Assembly (NCBI RefSeq): GCF_009914755.1
Contig: NC_060932.1
DNA from: the human T2T-CHM13v2.0 reference genome, Homo sapiens
DNA length: 64,000 bases
Strand: one strand, 5' to 3'
Part shown: positions 17,046-39,128 of the stretch, one piece after another
Layout of the letters: every line of letters starts with the position of its first letter
Position numbering within the stretch: position 1 is the stretch's first letter
The notes under the pieces: generated by a model
Told to the model about the DNA's origin: nothing
Databases searched by the model: none
What the model saw: only the letters and a program-made list of their open reading frames with translations
Translations under genes and position numbers: made by a program

Positions 17046-17080
17046 TTTGAATCTGCGCACGCGGCCCTGAACCTCATTGG
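17046..17080. promoter_or_regulatory. CHR element (TTTGAA, 17046-17051) and CCAAT box (ATTGG, 17076-17080)
   Basis: Exact motifs at the likely TSS. CHR plus CCAAT is the typical architecture of DREAM/MuvB-regulated cell-cycle promoters. Confidence 0.7.
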
Positions 17081-17235
17081 CTGTGGGGGCCGCACGCGAA
17101 GAAGCGAGGGCGGGGAGGGGAGAGCGCGCGCGGCTGAGGGCGGGGCTGGGGAGCTGGAAGCTGGGACTGGAACTCGCGGGAGTCGGGGAAGGAGCCGGGA
17201 GCCAGGGGGTGGGGCCGCGGGTGGGGCCGTAGGTG

Positions 17236-17370
17236 GCGCATGCGAGCCGAGCTGTCATAGGACCCGGAACGCGCCGAGAGGCGCACCGCGCGGGGCCTGC
17301 TGGGAGAGCGAGTTCCTGCGCTCGCCGAGGAGTGGGTCCGGAAGCGGCGCCGGAGCGGGTCCGGAAGCGG
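17236..17370. promoter_or_regulatory. NRF1-like GCGCATGCG (17236-17244) and tandem ETS/GABP sites CCGGAAGC (17338, 17361)
   Basis: Motifs read directly. The ETS sites sit in a repeated GGGTCCGGAAGCGG, 23 nt apart. Confidence 0.6.
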
Positions 17371-17575
17371 GCGGTGGAGAAGTCCAGTTGCCCCAAAATT
17401 CTTAGGGTGAGCGAACCGAGTTTCTGGCGGGGTGGGTGGTCCCGCGGCCCACCAAGGGAACGTCTCCGCAGCCTCGCCTCGGCGACAGCTCCTGGCTCCT
17501 TAGGTGTCTTCCGCCTCACTAGTTAGGATGCGCGGTCTTCAGACTTGAGACAAATCTAACCATAAATTTGCGCGG

Positions 17576-17581
17576 CCGTTA
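17576..17581 (-). promoter_or_regulatory. Consensus MYB-binding site TAACGG
   Basis: CCGTTA on + matches YAACKG on -, within the promoter island. Confidence 0.45.
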
Positions 17582-18342
17582 TTTTTTAAGCAAAAATGTG
17601 AGCTATTTTTACCCAGACATCATAGTTACGAGAGTGACGAAGACTCTGGCAGGAAACCAAATATCACCTGTTTTCCTCAAAAAGCAGCAGAAGAGTGACA
17701 AGTGAAAAAAGTTCCTAGCGGGAGACGTGCTTGGAACCGGAGATAATCTGTGTCTACCGCTGGTCTTCAAGGTGCTTAATTTCGTGCCCGCTCTACAGGA
17801 AATAACGTGCGCGGCGGAGGAGCCCTGTCCTGGAGAATAACGCGTGAAGAAGACAGTGGACTGGGCATTTCGTCCAGATGAATGAGCATGGTAGTTAAGT
17901 GTAGAAGGTGACCTTCTTCCCTCTGGAGAGACCAGGGAGGGGGGAACCACCGGAGGAGTTTCTAGCGGTTGCAGCTACTTGAGGTTCCAGTCTAATAACT
18001 ACGAACTGTTCATTTCAAGTAGCATTAAAGTAGATTTGCTACAGTAACAATTACACTTGGCTAAGGAAAATTTGCAAGGCAACATGGTCTATTGCATAGA
18101 GCACTGAGCCACATGTTAACACTGTAACAAACACTTGCTATTTTGAAATTTTACGCTTCATCTTTTGCAAATCAGATGCAGGTGCAGAGTGAATTAAGAG
18201 GAGCTGAATTAAGAGAGAAGCTTGCATGCACTGCTGTCAAAACCTAAACACACTGGCTTTTTTTTTTTTAACAGTTCCTTTTTTCAAGGTATAGATTCTG
18301 GGAAGGTAAGGGAAGATAAAACAGCTTTTCTTTTTCTCTCCT

Positions 18343-20305
<1,963 letters not shown>

Positions 20306-20329
20306 CTAGGGCCATTCTTTAGAGATGCT

Positions 20330-20802
20330 GGTGTGGTTACTAAAACAATCTTCCTTGGGCTTCTTGCACTCCTATATACATCTTGCTGGGTGTGCCTAGA
20401 TTGCAAGGCCCTGAGTACTCTTTTACACAGGCCATTTCTAAGGGTTATTTGCAGCTAGTTGCCTTGAGAGATGAGGTAACATCTCAGTCCAAGACAAAAA
20501 CTAGGTTTACTTACTGCTTACTATAAAAGCAGTGGATTCCCAAGTTGAGTGTTTCTCAACTGTAGCACAAATCCACTCTATGCATGACATCCATCTGGTA
20601 CCATTACATTGCCCCATGGGACCTGAAAGCAAGAATAACTGGCACAAATATGTTGATGCTCAAGGTGTTTGCTGTGCTGTAAGTAATACCAACACTTTGT
20701 CCCCAACCTTAGAGTCTTGTGTCTTCTGGTAAAAGGATCCATGAGCCAGTAACAGTTTAACTTAGCTTATAAGTAGGGTAAAATCAAATCCCAGACCTGA
20801 CA
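20330..20802 (+). mobile_element. ERVL LTR (LTR41-like)
   Basis: TATAAAAG at 20522; 3' end ...AAGTAGGGTAAAAT...CCTGACA resembles LTR41. Confidence 0.65.
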
Positions 20803-20980
20803 GCTAGAGTGTCATGAATGAAGGGGCACTCACAACCCCTGTCACTCTCCTTATTATATATTAATCTTCATGAAGTAAATTTTTATTTTTCCAATTCAAA
20901 TTTTTATTTTAGAATTCCTAAATTCTTCAGCCCAATTTTTACTGGATAAAGTGTACGTCTTGGGATTGAAAATAACCATC

Positions 20981-21349
<369 letters not shown>

Positions 21350-22083
21350 TCAGCACCCTTCTCTCACAGCTATAGTTGTGTTGGATGTGAAGCTCCAGAG
21401 ACATAGAAAGCATTCATAGCTAATGGTGACCCCTTTCTGCTTTGTGAATGGCTGGCTTTTTCTTATTTGGTAAAAGGATAAATCTTTGAAAATGACAATC
21501 TCAACATTCTGATTTTTAGTTTTAGAAAAACCTACTTTTAAGAGCTGCAATACTGGACTCAAATACTGAAAAGCTAGTGATACTCTGCTGTTCCTCTTTA
21601 GTGAATTACTGATAAATATCACAGTAAACAAATTAGTGCAAAGTTGGTTCACTTGTACATATTCATGTAAATTACCATAAGAGGGAGGTAGTGGTATAAT
21701 ATAAAATTTCTGCACAGAGCACATAGCACCTGGTGCTATAATAAAGATTGAGAATCCCTATTCTTATAAAAGAAATGCTTATTAATCTTATTTATATCTT
21801 ATTAATATTATTTAATTCAATTTAACGAACAGTTCTTGAACACCTACTCATGCTACACATTAGTACTACAGAGATTAATTTTGCTCTCAAAAGCAGTCTC
21901 AAGTATAGCACCTTAATCTGTTACCAGGAAAGTCAAGCATTCTATCTTCTAAATTACTCTTATTTTTCAACTAAGTTAATTTTTTTAGGTAGAACTAGCT
22001 AAAAGAAAGTAACTTAAAGTAATAGCAAAGTCAGATTTGAACATAGATCTCTAAATTGAGAGAACCAACTTAAAAAAATTTAA

Positions 22084-22477
<394 letters not shown>

Positions 22478-22609
22478 ACTCATTATTATTTTAATAATAC
22501 CTGCAAAGTATGTTTTAGATTAGCTATAATTTGGCAAATTAATTCTCAATATTAAAATGAATAGTCTTTTCCTCTACTATATAAATCTACAAGTCTTCTC
22601 CCAATTATC

Positions 22610-24620
22610 CTTCCTTTCTTTCTTTCTTTCTTTTTTTTTTGACAGGGTCTTGCTATGTTGCCCAGACTGGAGTACTGCATGCAGTGCAGTGACACAAACA
22701 GAGCTCACTGCAAACTCCTGGGCTCAAGTGACCCTACCACCTTGGCCTTCCAAAGTGTTGGGATTACAGATGTGAGCCACTGAGCCTGACTCAATTATTT
22801 TGAATTCAGATCTATTAGCGAGTTCATATTCTATTACTCTCTCATACTCTAGTAATATGATCCATTCATTTAAAGTGTACAATTTAGTTTTTAGTATCTT
22901 CAAAGAGTTGGGCAACCATCACCACAATCAGTTTTATACCATTTCAATACCTCCCCCCAAAATCTGTACCCATTAGCAGTCATTCCCCATTTTCTCCCGA
23001 GGTCCTCAGCCCTAGGCAACAACTACTCTACTTTCTGTCTCTTTGTTTGCTTTTTAAACAGGGTAGAGATAAACAGATTTATGTTTCAAAAGATACCCCA
23101 GGTGACCATGTGGAGGATAGATTGGATTGGACATGACTAGAAGCTGGGAGATGAGTTAAAAGATTTGCTGTAACTGGGTGAGAGACAGGAGCTTAAACTG
23201 ATGCATTGGCAGTGGTGATGGAGAAGACAGGATAATGGAGAGAGAAAAAGGTGAATCCAAACTCTCAGGTTCTTATTTGAAAGACTGGCTGACTGGTGGT
23301 GCTACTAATTTGGAATAGGATACAGGAGTAATTATAGATTGGTGGGTAGGAAGTGAGTTCCATTTTGGAACATGTTGAATTTTGGGTATTTGGTGCTTCC
23401 AGATGGAGAGAGATATAGTTCATGAGTGGGGTTGGGATTGAAAATAAAGATTTGTGAATCACAGGATGTGACTGAAGTCACGGGAGTAGATGAGATTGCC
23501 TAGGAAAAGATTGTAGAGGGAGAAACAGGGCTAAAAGTGAAGTAATGGGAAATGTCAACAAGGAACAGGCAGAAGAGCAAGGCTTGCAAAGGAGTTTAAG
23601 GGATAGAAATCATGGAGGTGATATAATATAAATCAAGGAATGAAAGTTTCAAATAAAAGGAAGAAATGAGCTCAAATGCTGTAGAAAGTAAATTGGGACT
23701 GATTTCTTTCTACAGGTATATATTGGATTTAACAGGGTTTGGTGACTTTGTGGCCACAGTTTCAATGGCATGGTGGTAGTAAAAGTCAGATTTCAAGAGG
23801 ACTGACAACTGATTAGGTAGTGAAGTCAAGGCACTCTGAAGATATTTGAGAGAGAGGGGAAGGCAAGGCAGTGATACATGGTTATGGAGGGAGGGAGGGA
23901 GGGATGGATGGATGGATGGATGGATGGATGGATGGATGGATGGATGGATACATTTAAAGCAATGATTTCAACCCTACTGGAGCCAATATCCCCTTTTTAT
24001 AACAGCATTTTCTATTCCCTGTACCATACTAAAATGAAATTCATAAATAACTTACACATTACTTTTTTAAAAATTGTTTTACTGCTCTACCTACAATATA
24101 GAGGACAGACAAGAAATTTATAATAAAATCTCTCTCAGGCACAACTAATACAGCCAATATATATAGGTAGAGTCACTATGAACACAATATCTACAAATAC
24201 GGACATCCATACATGGGCTGTATTAGTGTCTTTGAGCTGGGTTGCCTTCAGTAATGTGATTTTCTAAAATGGGGAGACAACTCTTGGTTCAGCCTGAACA
24301 AAATAAAATACAATATTTCCTTGGTTTACATGGTAGTTGCATTTCTGGAAATACTCAATTATTTTAAAATAGTACAAAAAACAGTTGTGCACTTCTGTAT
24401 AAAAGGAAGTCTGGTTCTAGCTTACGTAATTATAATCAGGTATTTCACTTACATGACTGGTTGAAAGGTGAATGGAATGCAGGATACTTCTTCCTCGTGC
24501 AGGGCTGTCTCACACATTGCAAGAGCAATGTGTTCCCAGTCCCAGCACACTAAATGCCAGTAACCACCATGAAGAAGCACAGATTCCCCCTAAACTTTCA
24601 AAAATTCACTGTGCCCATTA
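22610..24620. mobile_element. FLAM(-), L1M 3' fragment, L2 (~23050-23850) and hAT-like relic (~23960-24620)
   Basis: Diverged similarity to old repeat consensus sequences; family assignments uncertain. Confidence 0.55.
23902..23949. repeat. (GGAT)n microsatellite
   Basis: Read directly. Confidence 0.95.
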
Positions 24621-25024
24621 GTAATGCCTGGACATGCCAGGCCAGTAGAGAAGGAGAGGCTGGAAAAAGACAAGATAGATTATTATCTCTGTTAAAGTAG
24701 AAGGTGATAACATTTAGAGTGGAGGTAGAAAGATCAGAATTTAAGAGAAGCACACATATTCATATCTTGGTGGATGTCATGTTTCCCACCAATTAGTAAT
24801 AACCCTGCTTTGAGGATTTTGTGGCATGCTGGTAAGTTATCATTTTAATGCCCTGAATACCCTCTTCCCTAACTTGGAGTTCCTATCCTTCATTTTGAAC
24901 CCTCAGTTAGTAGGCTTATTTGTTGTAAATGAGGACTAGAATTTGAACATTATGGAAAATTACTTTTTGAAGAGAAACATTACTTTTATTATTACAGGCC
25001 AAAAATGTTGAAAATTTCAGCAAA

Positions 25025-25826
<802 letters not shown>

Positions 25827-26222
25827 AAAGTATAGAGCAAGGAGTCTTGGGTTTAAATAGGGACACTAAAACTTTTCTTTCTCTTTACAATTTTTCTTCC
25901 TATGCAGTTCAAGTGCTCTTATTTTTAACTTTAAAAGCCAAACTAAGAATTCTATAACTGCTTATGTTAGACAGTGTGATTTCTATTCATAATTTCCATC
26001 AAATTTAAAATAGCACCCTAAATGTAGACTGAAGATTAGCAAAAATATTGGTGGTGAGGGGACAGAGAATGGAGCAAACATTTCTCTATCCAAGATAGAG
26101 TTCTGAACCTGAGTTTTGTTTTCAGATTGAATACATGGTTTCATCATATCTGTCCAGGTACTTTTATTTTTTGGAGCTATTTCCTTCTAGGATTGATTGA
26201 TTGACTGATTGATTGATTGATT

Positions 26223-32091
<5,869 letters not shown>

Positions 32092-32263
32092 CTACACAAT
32101 TTATCTGTTTCTCAAATAATTTACGTGGTATGACAAATGGGCCAAAGACAGGTTTACTTCTAGAGTGTGCAAATTTGAAGAGCCCATATGTTTTTCACCT
32201 CAGTGTATCATATACAGTTCAGAAAATCAATTAAAGACTTACTTCAGTTTTTCTATATACATT

Positions 32264-32269
32264 TTTAAT
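32264..32269 (-). terminator. Candidate most-distal poly(A) signal ATTAAA
   Basis: Variant hexamer followed by U-rich sequence on -. Confidence 0.4.
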
Positions 32270-33321
32270 GATTAGAAACAATTGATTATTAAGTCAGAAT
32301 TGCAGTTGCTGGGGTCTGAAAGAGCCAGACAATAAAAATAAAATCCATAATGAGCTGTTATAAGTAGGATGTTTATCTTATTTACTAAAGAGTTTTTGAG
32401 AATTCTATTCTGATGGTATGTGACCAATGGCATGCATATACAAGACCTCAAGTCCAAGTTTGGGATAACTGTAGCCAACACCTAAAGGAAAGGTAATTAT
32501 GTTTTAGTTTACATGGGGCTCATACCCATGTCACTTGTCCCATCAGCACTATGCCCTCTGCAAGTAAGACTATGACGACAATGGTCGGCAGAACAAAAGG
32601 TTGACAATTGTGAAACCACAAGGTTACAGAAGAAATTGAGGCCTTGAAAGGCTCCAAGACTTGCCTTGGGTCACAGAGCACACTGTCGGTTTGAGATTCT
32701 CAGTGTTGCACATGGTCATAAATGTTTGAATGTACAACCCCCCATTTTTTAGTCAATTATGTACAAGTAAAATAAGTTTTAATGTAACAAATTATTTAAA
32801 TAATGTGTGCCCTGTGAGGATTTATCCCACTTAATGGCAACTGAACTCTACCACATTACATTAACATATAACATAGCAAATATTTGAGTGTTTACTATGT
32901 GTCAGGCACTCTTCTAATCATCAGATACGTGTTAACTCATTTAAGACAGCCACCCTGGGAGCAGATGTGATCATCATCCTCGCAGAGAGGAATGCACAGA
33001 GAGGTCACAGAAAGCAGCGTACCAGGAGTCAGACCTAGGCAGTCTGGTGTCTAAGGCTATACTCTAAATTATTGAGTTAAATGATCTAATAAAATGTATA
33101 TTAAGCATATACAATAAAACTTGGAAGTAAACGTGTTGACTGCTAAGCTACACAAACGTTATTTAGTACTATTATCTGTATTTCCTTTCATTTCCTTATC
33201 ACTAACCAGTATTTTTTTAAACCACCACAAAATCAAGTTCTCTGTTAGAATTTGCCTTCATTTTTAAATATTCAGTAAGCATTATGGCCCAATTATGTAA
33301 TATGTCTAAAGAAATTTTGCT

Positions 33322-33598
33322 GGCAGGGTGCGGTGGCTCACGCCTGTAATCCCAGCACTTAAAGAGGCAGAGGAGGGCAGATCACTTGAGCTCAGGGGTT
33401 CAAGACCGGCCTGGGCAACATGGCAAAACCCTATCTCTACAAAAAATACAAAAATTAGCCAGGTGTGGTGGCACATGCCTGTAGTCCCAGCTATTCAGGA
33501 GGCTGAGGTGGGAGGATCACTTGAGCCCAGGAGGTTGAGGCTGCAGTGAGCCCTGATCATGCCACGGCAATCCAGCATGGGCAGCAGAGTGAGACCGT
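33322..33598 (+). mobile_element. AluJ downstream of, or within, the extended VCPIP1 3' UTR
   Basis: Full dimer with AluJ diagnostics (GGAGGATCACTTGAGCCCAGG). Confidence 0.85.
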
Positions 33599-33723
33599 TT
33601 TGGTTTTTTTTTAAATTGCACACTCTTTTTTCACTGGGTCCATTTCATCTAGCAATGAAATCTACATTAAGGGGAAAAATCACTATTCCTGTACGATAAC
33701 CCGCTTAAGTTCAACAAGAAAAC

Positions 33724-34041
33724 TTTATTATTTAAGAATTTCTTTATAAAACTGAACTATATGTTCATGCATTATAATTCCAGGAAACTAAAGAACATAA
33801 AATTACCTTTAAAAGCTAATGTGGAGAATTTCAGGGGAAAATCAGTATTAACTTATAGTTTTATTATTGATATAAAAGAAAACTTCAAATACTGTACAGT
33901 AAGGTGTGCTGTAGAACACTATAATACACTATTACCAATTATTCATTACTCAAATGTAATATATACAGTAATCACGAAATCGGAAAATAATGGGCAACAG
34001 CCAGTGCCTTAAGGGTGAAATAACATCTATACTATTTTATT
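33724..34041 (-). terminator. Distal poly(A) signal cluster (AATAAA at 34036-41, 33860-65, 33724-29)
   Basis: Three TTTATT on + within 320 nt, with nearby TGTA elements on -. Confidence 0.65.
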
Positions 34042-37000
34042 GAGCAGTTAAAGCACTTGCTATTTTTCTAAATATTTACACTATTACTGCTTATGTTTAC
34101 AAATTCTAAGTATCATTTCCCTCCAAAAAGTAGACTTTCCAGTTCTTGGCACTAATTCTTAGTCAAATAAGCCTGAAAATACTGGCAACCTTTTCAGTCT
34201 TGCATTGCTCTACCACAGGCATAATAAGGGCTCAGGACGAGATTTCTGCATTCTAAAGAAAAGTAGGCAATACCTTAAAAATTTAAAAACTAAGTAATTG
34301 ATACTCACAAGCAGGTAACATCAACTAAAACTTTTTTCTTTACTAATTTTTCCTTTTCTTTTACAAGAGAATAATCATTAATATTATACTACAAAAGCAT
34401 GTAGTCTCCATAATTAAAAAATTAAATGTCAGATATACAAGTAATGGCATTTTCTCCAATAATTCATAATTTTTACAATTTCTGCTATTTTGGAACAAAC
34501 ATTAAAATTCCCACGATTTAAGTATCATTAAATATGAACTGAAACACTTAGCATCTCAAAGAATTATCAAGAATGGTAGAACTTGTAATTAACTCTATAA
34601 CTTACATGGGTGATATAGTTCCCCTTTGTTGTTTTATTTCTTAAATATACATTCTACTAAGGAATATTTTCATGTGAACAGCTCTGGTTTGAAAAATTAA
34701 TTTATACTGTGAAGAGCCTTAAGGTTGTACAATTTTGTTAAATTATATGATAACCTTGAATGGTAGGATGCATTTACTCAACTTAGAATATGGCGCTATT
34801 ATTATTATAAATGGTGGTTTTTAATTCACATTAAGATAGGTGGAATTTAATCCAATTTTGCAAAGGCTTTGTGTTTATAAAAATCTTAAGATGGAAACCT
34901 TGCTTTGAGAACCATAAAACTCAAAATCTGTGTAGTATTTTAAGTATGAACCAATTGAAATTACTGTTGAAAAATGAAGACAAAACTGTATTGATATTCT
35001 GAAATAAACACTTTATGCTGCCACTATATTGACCAGTTGAAGTGTAATTAATGACAGAAGTAAATTTTTTACCTAAAGGTTAGTTATTAGTGAGGTCTAC
35101 ATATTTAGAGAGTTATTCAGTAGCAGATAGTATTGGTAGGTAACTACATAAAACAATACTTTTATACATTTTGCATTTAGTAGCTAACATGTGATGTCAG
35201 TACAATTCTCAAAAACCTGTCATTAGTAGTATGAGTTGCTAGCAAGTGATCTTCCCTGAGGTAAGAGACCATATGCAAAAGTCAGTGTTCATCTCCAATG
35301 AAGATACTTAAAAATAATGGCAATAAGGACCTGTGGCCAGGAATTACAGATGCATTTCAGATTGATATCTTAATTGCAAGCAGTAGGCTTGACTGTAAAA
35401 ACCAAACTAAAAATCACTGGAAGACACAGAGCCAGTATCAGTCAATAGCATTTGCTAACTTTCTCAGGCCTCTACCCTAACATTTTCCAATAAAAATATC
35501 TGAAACAGAGTGAAGCGGGAGAAATGGGTTTGCTCTTTAACTAGTTCCTGAGTAACCATTCTCATGGAGTTAATTATATTCTATCTTAATATATGGCAGC
35601 ATCTTGTTTTCTTCAATTTACAACAATTTCTCATTACCAGTATTCTAGATACATACTATCTTCAACACTACCTGGACTTTAGGTCATCAACTTAAATTTG
35701 GTATGATTAACTATAAAATGGATTACTGAAGAAAAAATTTACAACTTTATTTCAATGTTTAGTGAAGCACTGCAAACAGAATTGCAGGAATGCATTTTAG
35801 TTATAATGTTACCTCTAGGGCTAAAAAAAAAAAAAAAAACAAATTTACCTGAGATGTCTAGCTTGCACGCCAAGATGTGGCTATATCACAAATGGCAGTA
35901 CTAGAAAAATAACCATGCTATAGTCATGTATTTGGTTATGAAAACCATATGGAAAGACAAAGGATGATATTTAAAAACTTAAAAGAAACCCTATTCTAAA
36001 ACTTCTTTGTGAGGATACCTGGCCTACTTCTCAAAAACCATCAATTCACCCCAACCAAATTTTCAGCTGATTTGAAAGAATTTCAAGAAATTTGATCACT
36101 TATCAGAATTGAGCCTTTTATTCATTTATCAAGGGAGAACCCAAACTATTACTGTACTATTCATACCTAACTGGCTTTTAAATAGCATTGCTGTAGCTAG
36201 AGAAATTAATAAAGTTGTCAGAGATTAAGTCCATCTTCTAACATTCACATACGCATTCCAATTTGCACTAAATGTAAGAATAGGGAGATAAAGTTTGTTT
36301 CTGGTATTTTATGTTAATGCTATGAGATATCTGTCAGTTATCAATGAAGAAAATATTTGTTAAAGAAGATTATATCATTTTACATGAAAGCAGTGCATTT
36401 TTTGCTTAAACAGTTTTCCTGTATTTAAATCCCCCCAAAAAAAGTTCCAGTGGCTGAAAAAGCCAAAAATAATTATAGTGGTTAGTGAAGTGATATTTGT
36501 AATTCGTAGTTTAATACACAGAAGCCACCTTTACTAAGTAGTAAATAGTATTTGGTAGCTACAGCTCTTATTTTATGCAAAAATAGTGTACAATATAAAA
36601 GTTTAAAAATTTCCTGCTGTTTTGATAGGGAGAAAATTTAGGATGAAGATAAAATATAAAGACAAACGTGATAATGTGATAAAAACTAACCCAAATATAT
36701 ATTTTGCTCAGATACACCTGTAAAATGTCTAGATTCTCCATTCTTTCCTTATTTAAAATAGAGTAGTTTGTTTAAGAAGTGGATTCAGTTAGAGATACTT
36801 TCACAGAAAGATGACCAAAATCTGCCTTATCTGGAAACACAAGTTAAAGTACTGTCTATATCCCTTATGAATCAACAGGCAGAGATTTTTAAACATCTGA
36901 TAAAATACTTTCTGACATACATTTTCTTAGAATTACAAACACAGTTCTGCATCTGTTACATGTGCAAACAGAGACAGCCAGGCTTTGAATGCTCTAGGTA

Positions 37001-38256
37001 AGAGATTGTATTAACATATATTTTGTCTTTCAGCCATTCAAATTCAACTTAATTTCAGTGAACAGAGAAGAATATGGGTTGAAATGTACACTTCAGGATA
37101 CAGATTTGCAGAATAAAATAAAATAGTGCAATACCAATCTCAGGATAAACACTCTTCTGTTGTTTTTAAGGAATAAGCATGAAAGCTGCTTCTCAAGGAA
37201 ACTGGCACTGAAGATTTGATGAATACACTAAGCAAATACCCAGCTGATCAGGGTGTGATGCAGTAAAATTTGCATCTAAACCCAAGTGAAGCCAACAAAT
37301 AAACTCTTATGGATTCTGAAAAAAAAAAAAAAATTTTGGCTCAAAGGGGCATAAATACACTTAGCATATACAGGCTTAAATACCACTGATCAAAATTGTA
37401 GAACAATTAACTCATTCATAAAGATAAACTCTTATTTATAAATTCTCTACTGCTACCATTATTTCTTTTTCTACCACACTTTGCAATCAACTTTTCTGCA
37501 AGATTAAAAAAAAAAAAATCAGGTTGTTCTTGACCAAGCCAGGAATCAAAAATAATGGTAACATATTAATAGAGCACACACAATTGGCTGTGGCTCAGAC
37601 AGCAACACAACTGAATCACATTGACCTCATCAATCTAGAAGAAATTTTTCCCCAATCTTGCACAAATCAGCAAAATGTTATATCGTTACATTCTATTCTC
37701 AAGATATTTTCGCCAAGAAATCTCTATGAATGTGTTTACGTTCATAGAAACATTTGCATTCCACTGTCTAATAAATAATTGTATGAATTTTAAGATACAA
37801 TTTAGTTCAGATAAAATTCAAGTTTACATAAACCTTTTGACACTAGTATATGAGATGGTTACCTTGATGACATCAACATTAGCACAATCTCATTTCCCCT
37901 CCATTTGTAGGCTTTTCAGAAATCAAACGTATTTAAGTAAGAGAATTTTCATGTTGGAAACATTAAGACTTTCATGGAATTAAAATTACAAAGAACTTCC
38001 AATGAACCACATATATGGAAGAAAGTCATCTCAGCAGATCTAACAGCTAATTTATAGAAATTCAGAGCCAGCCTGGGCAGCAGTATATTAAAAGCTATGG
38101 CCAATCACACACTTGCTATCATGCACTGAATAACAAGATATAATCTTTGAATTATATACGTACAAGATTTTTAATGACTAATCAAGTTACGTGGCCCAGC
38201 CAACAAATATTACATATTCACAATAAACATTCTGCCTTTATTAGCCTCTAATTAAA
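34015..38256 (-). other. VCPIP1: VCPIP1 long 3' UTR (possibly extending to ~32245)
   Basis: Over 4 kb of AU-rich, Alu-free sequence after the stop codon, ending at a cluster of poly(A) signals. Confidence 0.75.
38237..38242 (-). terminator. Candidate proximal poly(A) signal AATAAA just after the VCPIP1 stop
   Basis: TGA TTTAATTAGAGGCT AATAAA GGCAGAATGTTTATTGTG, with GU/U-rich downstream sequence. Confidence 0.45.
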
Positions 38257-39128
38257 TCAAGAGTGATCCATTGGCTCAGTTGTGTTAGTCATCTCAGCAT
38301 CTTGACTATCCATCTCTTCAAGCTCCTCCACGGAATTTCCCCTTTGTGCTTTTGACCTTGTGGCAAAGGCTGCTCCCAGTGCATCTGCTACACAGCCATC
38401 AGTTGTTTCTGTATTCAAATTTTCAGTACCACCAGTTAAAGGAAAAGATTCAGGCAAACCAGTCTGAAGACTCCCAGACTTTGCAGAAGAACTCACAACT
38501 TCTGTTTTCCTTTGAGGAAGATCAGATGGTGACTGCTCTGTACTTTGATCCCGAAGGTGCCTGTCCATTGAAGCCTGAATAGAAGAAACCATTTCCTGCA
38601 ATTTTTTTCGCTGGGCCTCAACCAAATCAGGATCAAGCTGCCTGCCGTCTCTCATTGTTACTACTCCAGGAGCTATTCGAATAAGCTCACTATTACTAGA
38701 AGAAGCTGTGAATACAGAAGGCTCTGTTTTAGTGGAACTATTACTAAAGTCTGTCCCTGTATTATGCTTTCTTACAACTGAAGTTTCCCTAGCTCTTGGA
38801 TCAAGGTGTGGGTTACCAGATGCAGTTCCTAAAGAATGCCCTTTTCCCTGAAAGGCAGTTACGTTATGAAGTTGCTCAGATTTCTTTTTCACTACTCCAC
38901 CACTACCTAGTTTTAATAGCCCATGTGAGGGACTTGATTCCCTACTTCTTGTAGTAGCCTCTGCTCGAACCTGACTTACAGCCTCTTTAACTAAATCTTC
39001 AACATCAGGACCAATGGGGAAATGTCCTGCAGCATCCACACACAATTCCAGTCTATCTTCAGAAGCATTATAGACAAAGGTTTTGCCAGGCAGATGTGGA
39101 AAAGTACAATGCTTGCCATCAGCCATAC
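38257..39128 (-). CDS. VCPIP1: VCPIP1 (VCIP135, p97-interacting OTU deubiquitinase) terminal coding exon
   Basis: 289-aa ORF MADGKHCTFPHLPGKTF...TTEPMDHS* matches the VCPIP1 C-terminus; acceptor TTTTTAG| at 39129-39130, phase 1. Confidence 0.95.

Larger units (their letters stand above)
16120..17860. promoter_or_regulatory. CpG island / MYBL1 promoter
   Basis: Abrupt switch to very GC- and CpG-rich sequence around exon 1; GC boxes (GGGCGGGG) at ~17108 and ~17138; no TATA box. Confidence 0.92.

Noticed and set aside
16562-17526. Long overlapping ORFs (248, 237 and 133 aa) over the promoter
   Set aside because: Pro/Arg/Ala/Gly-rich frames on both strands are expected in a stop-poor CpG island; no recognisable domain.
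33888-34184. miRNA seed matches (CAGTATT, TACTGTA) near the 3' end
   Set aside because: 7-mers in an AU-rich multi-kb UTR are uninformative without conservation or CLIP data.
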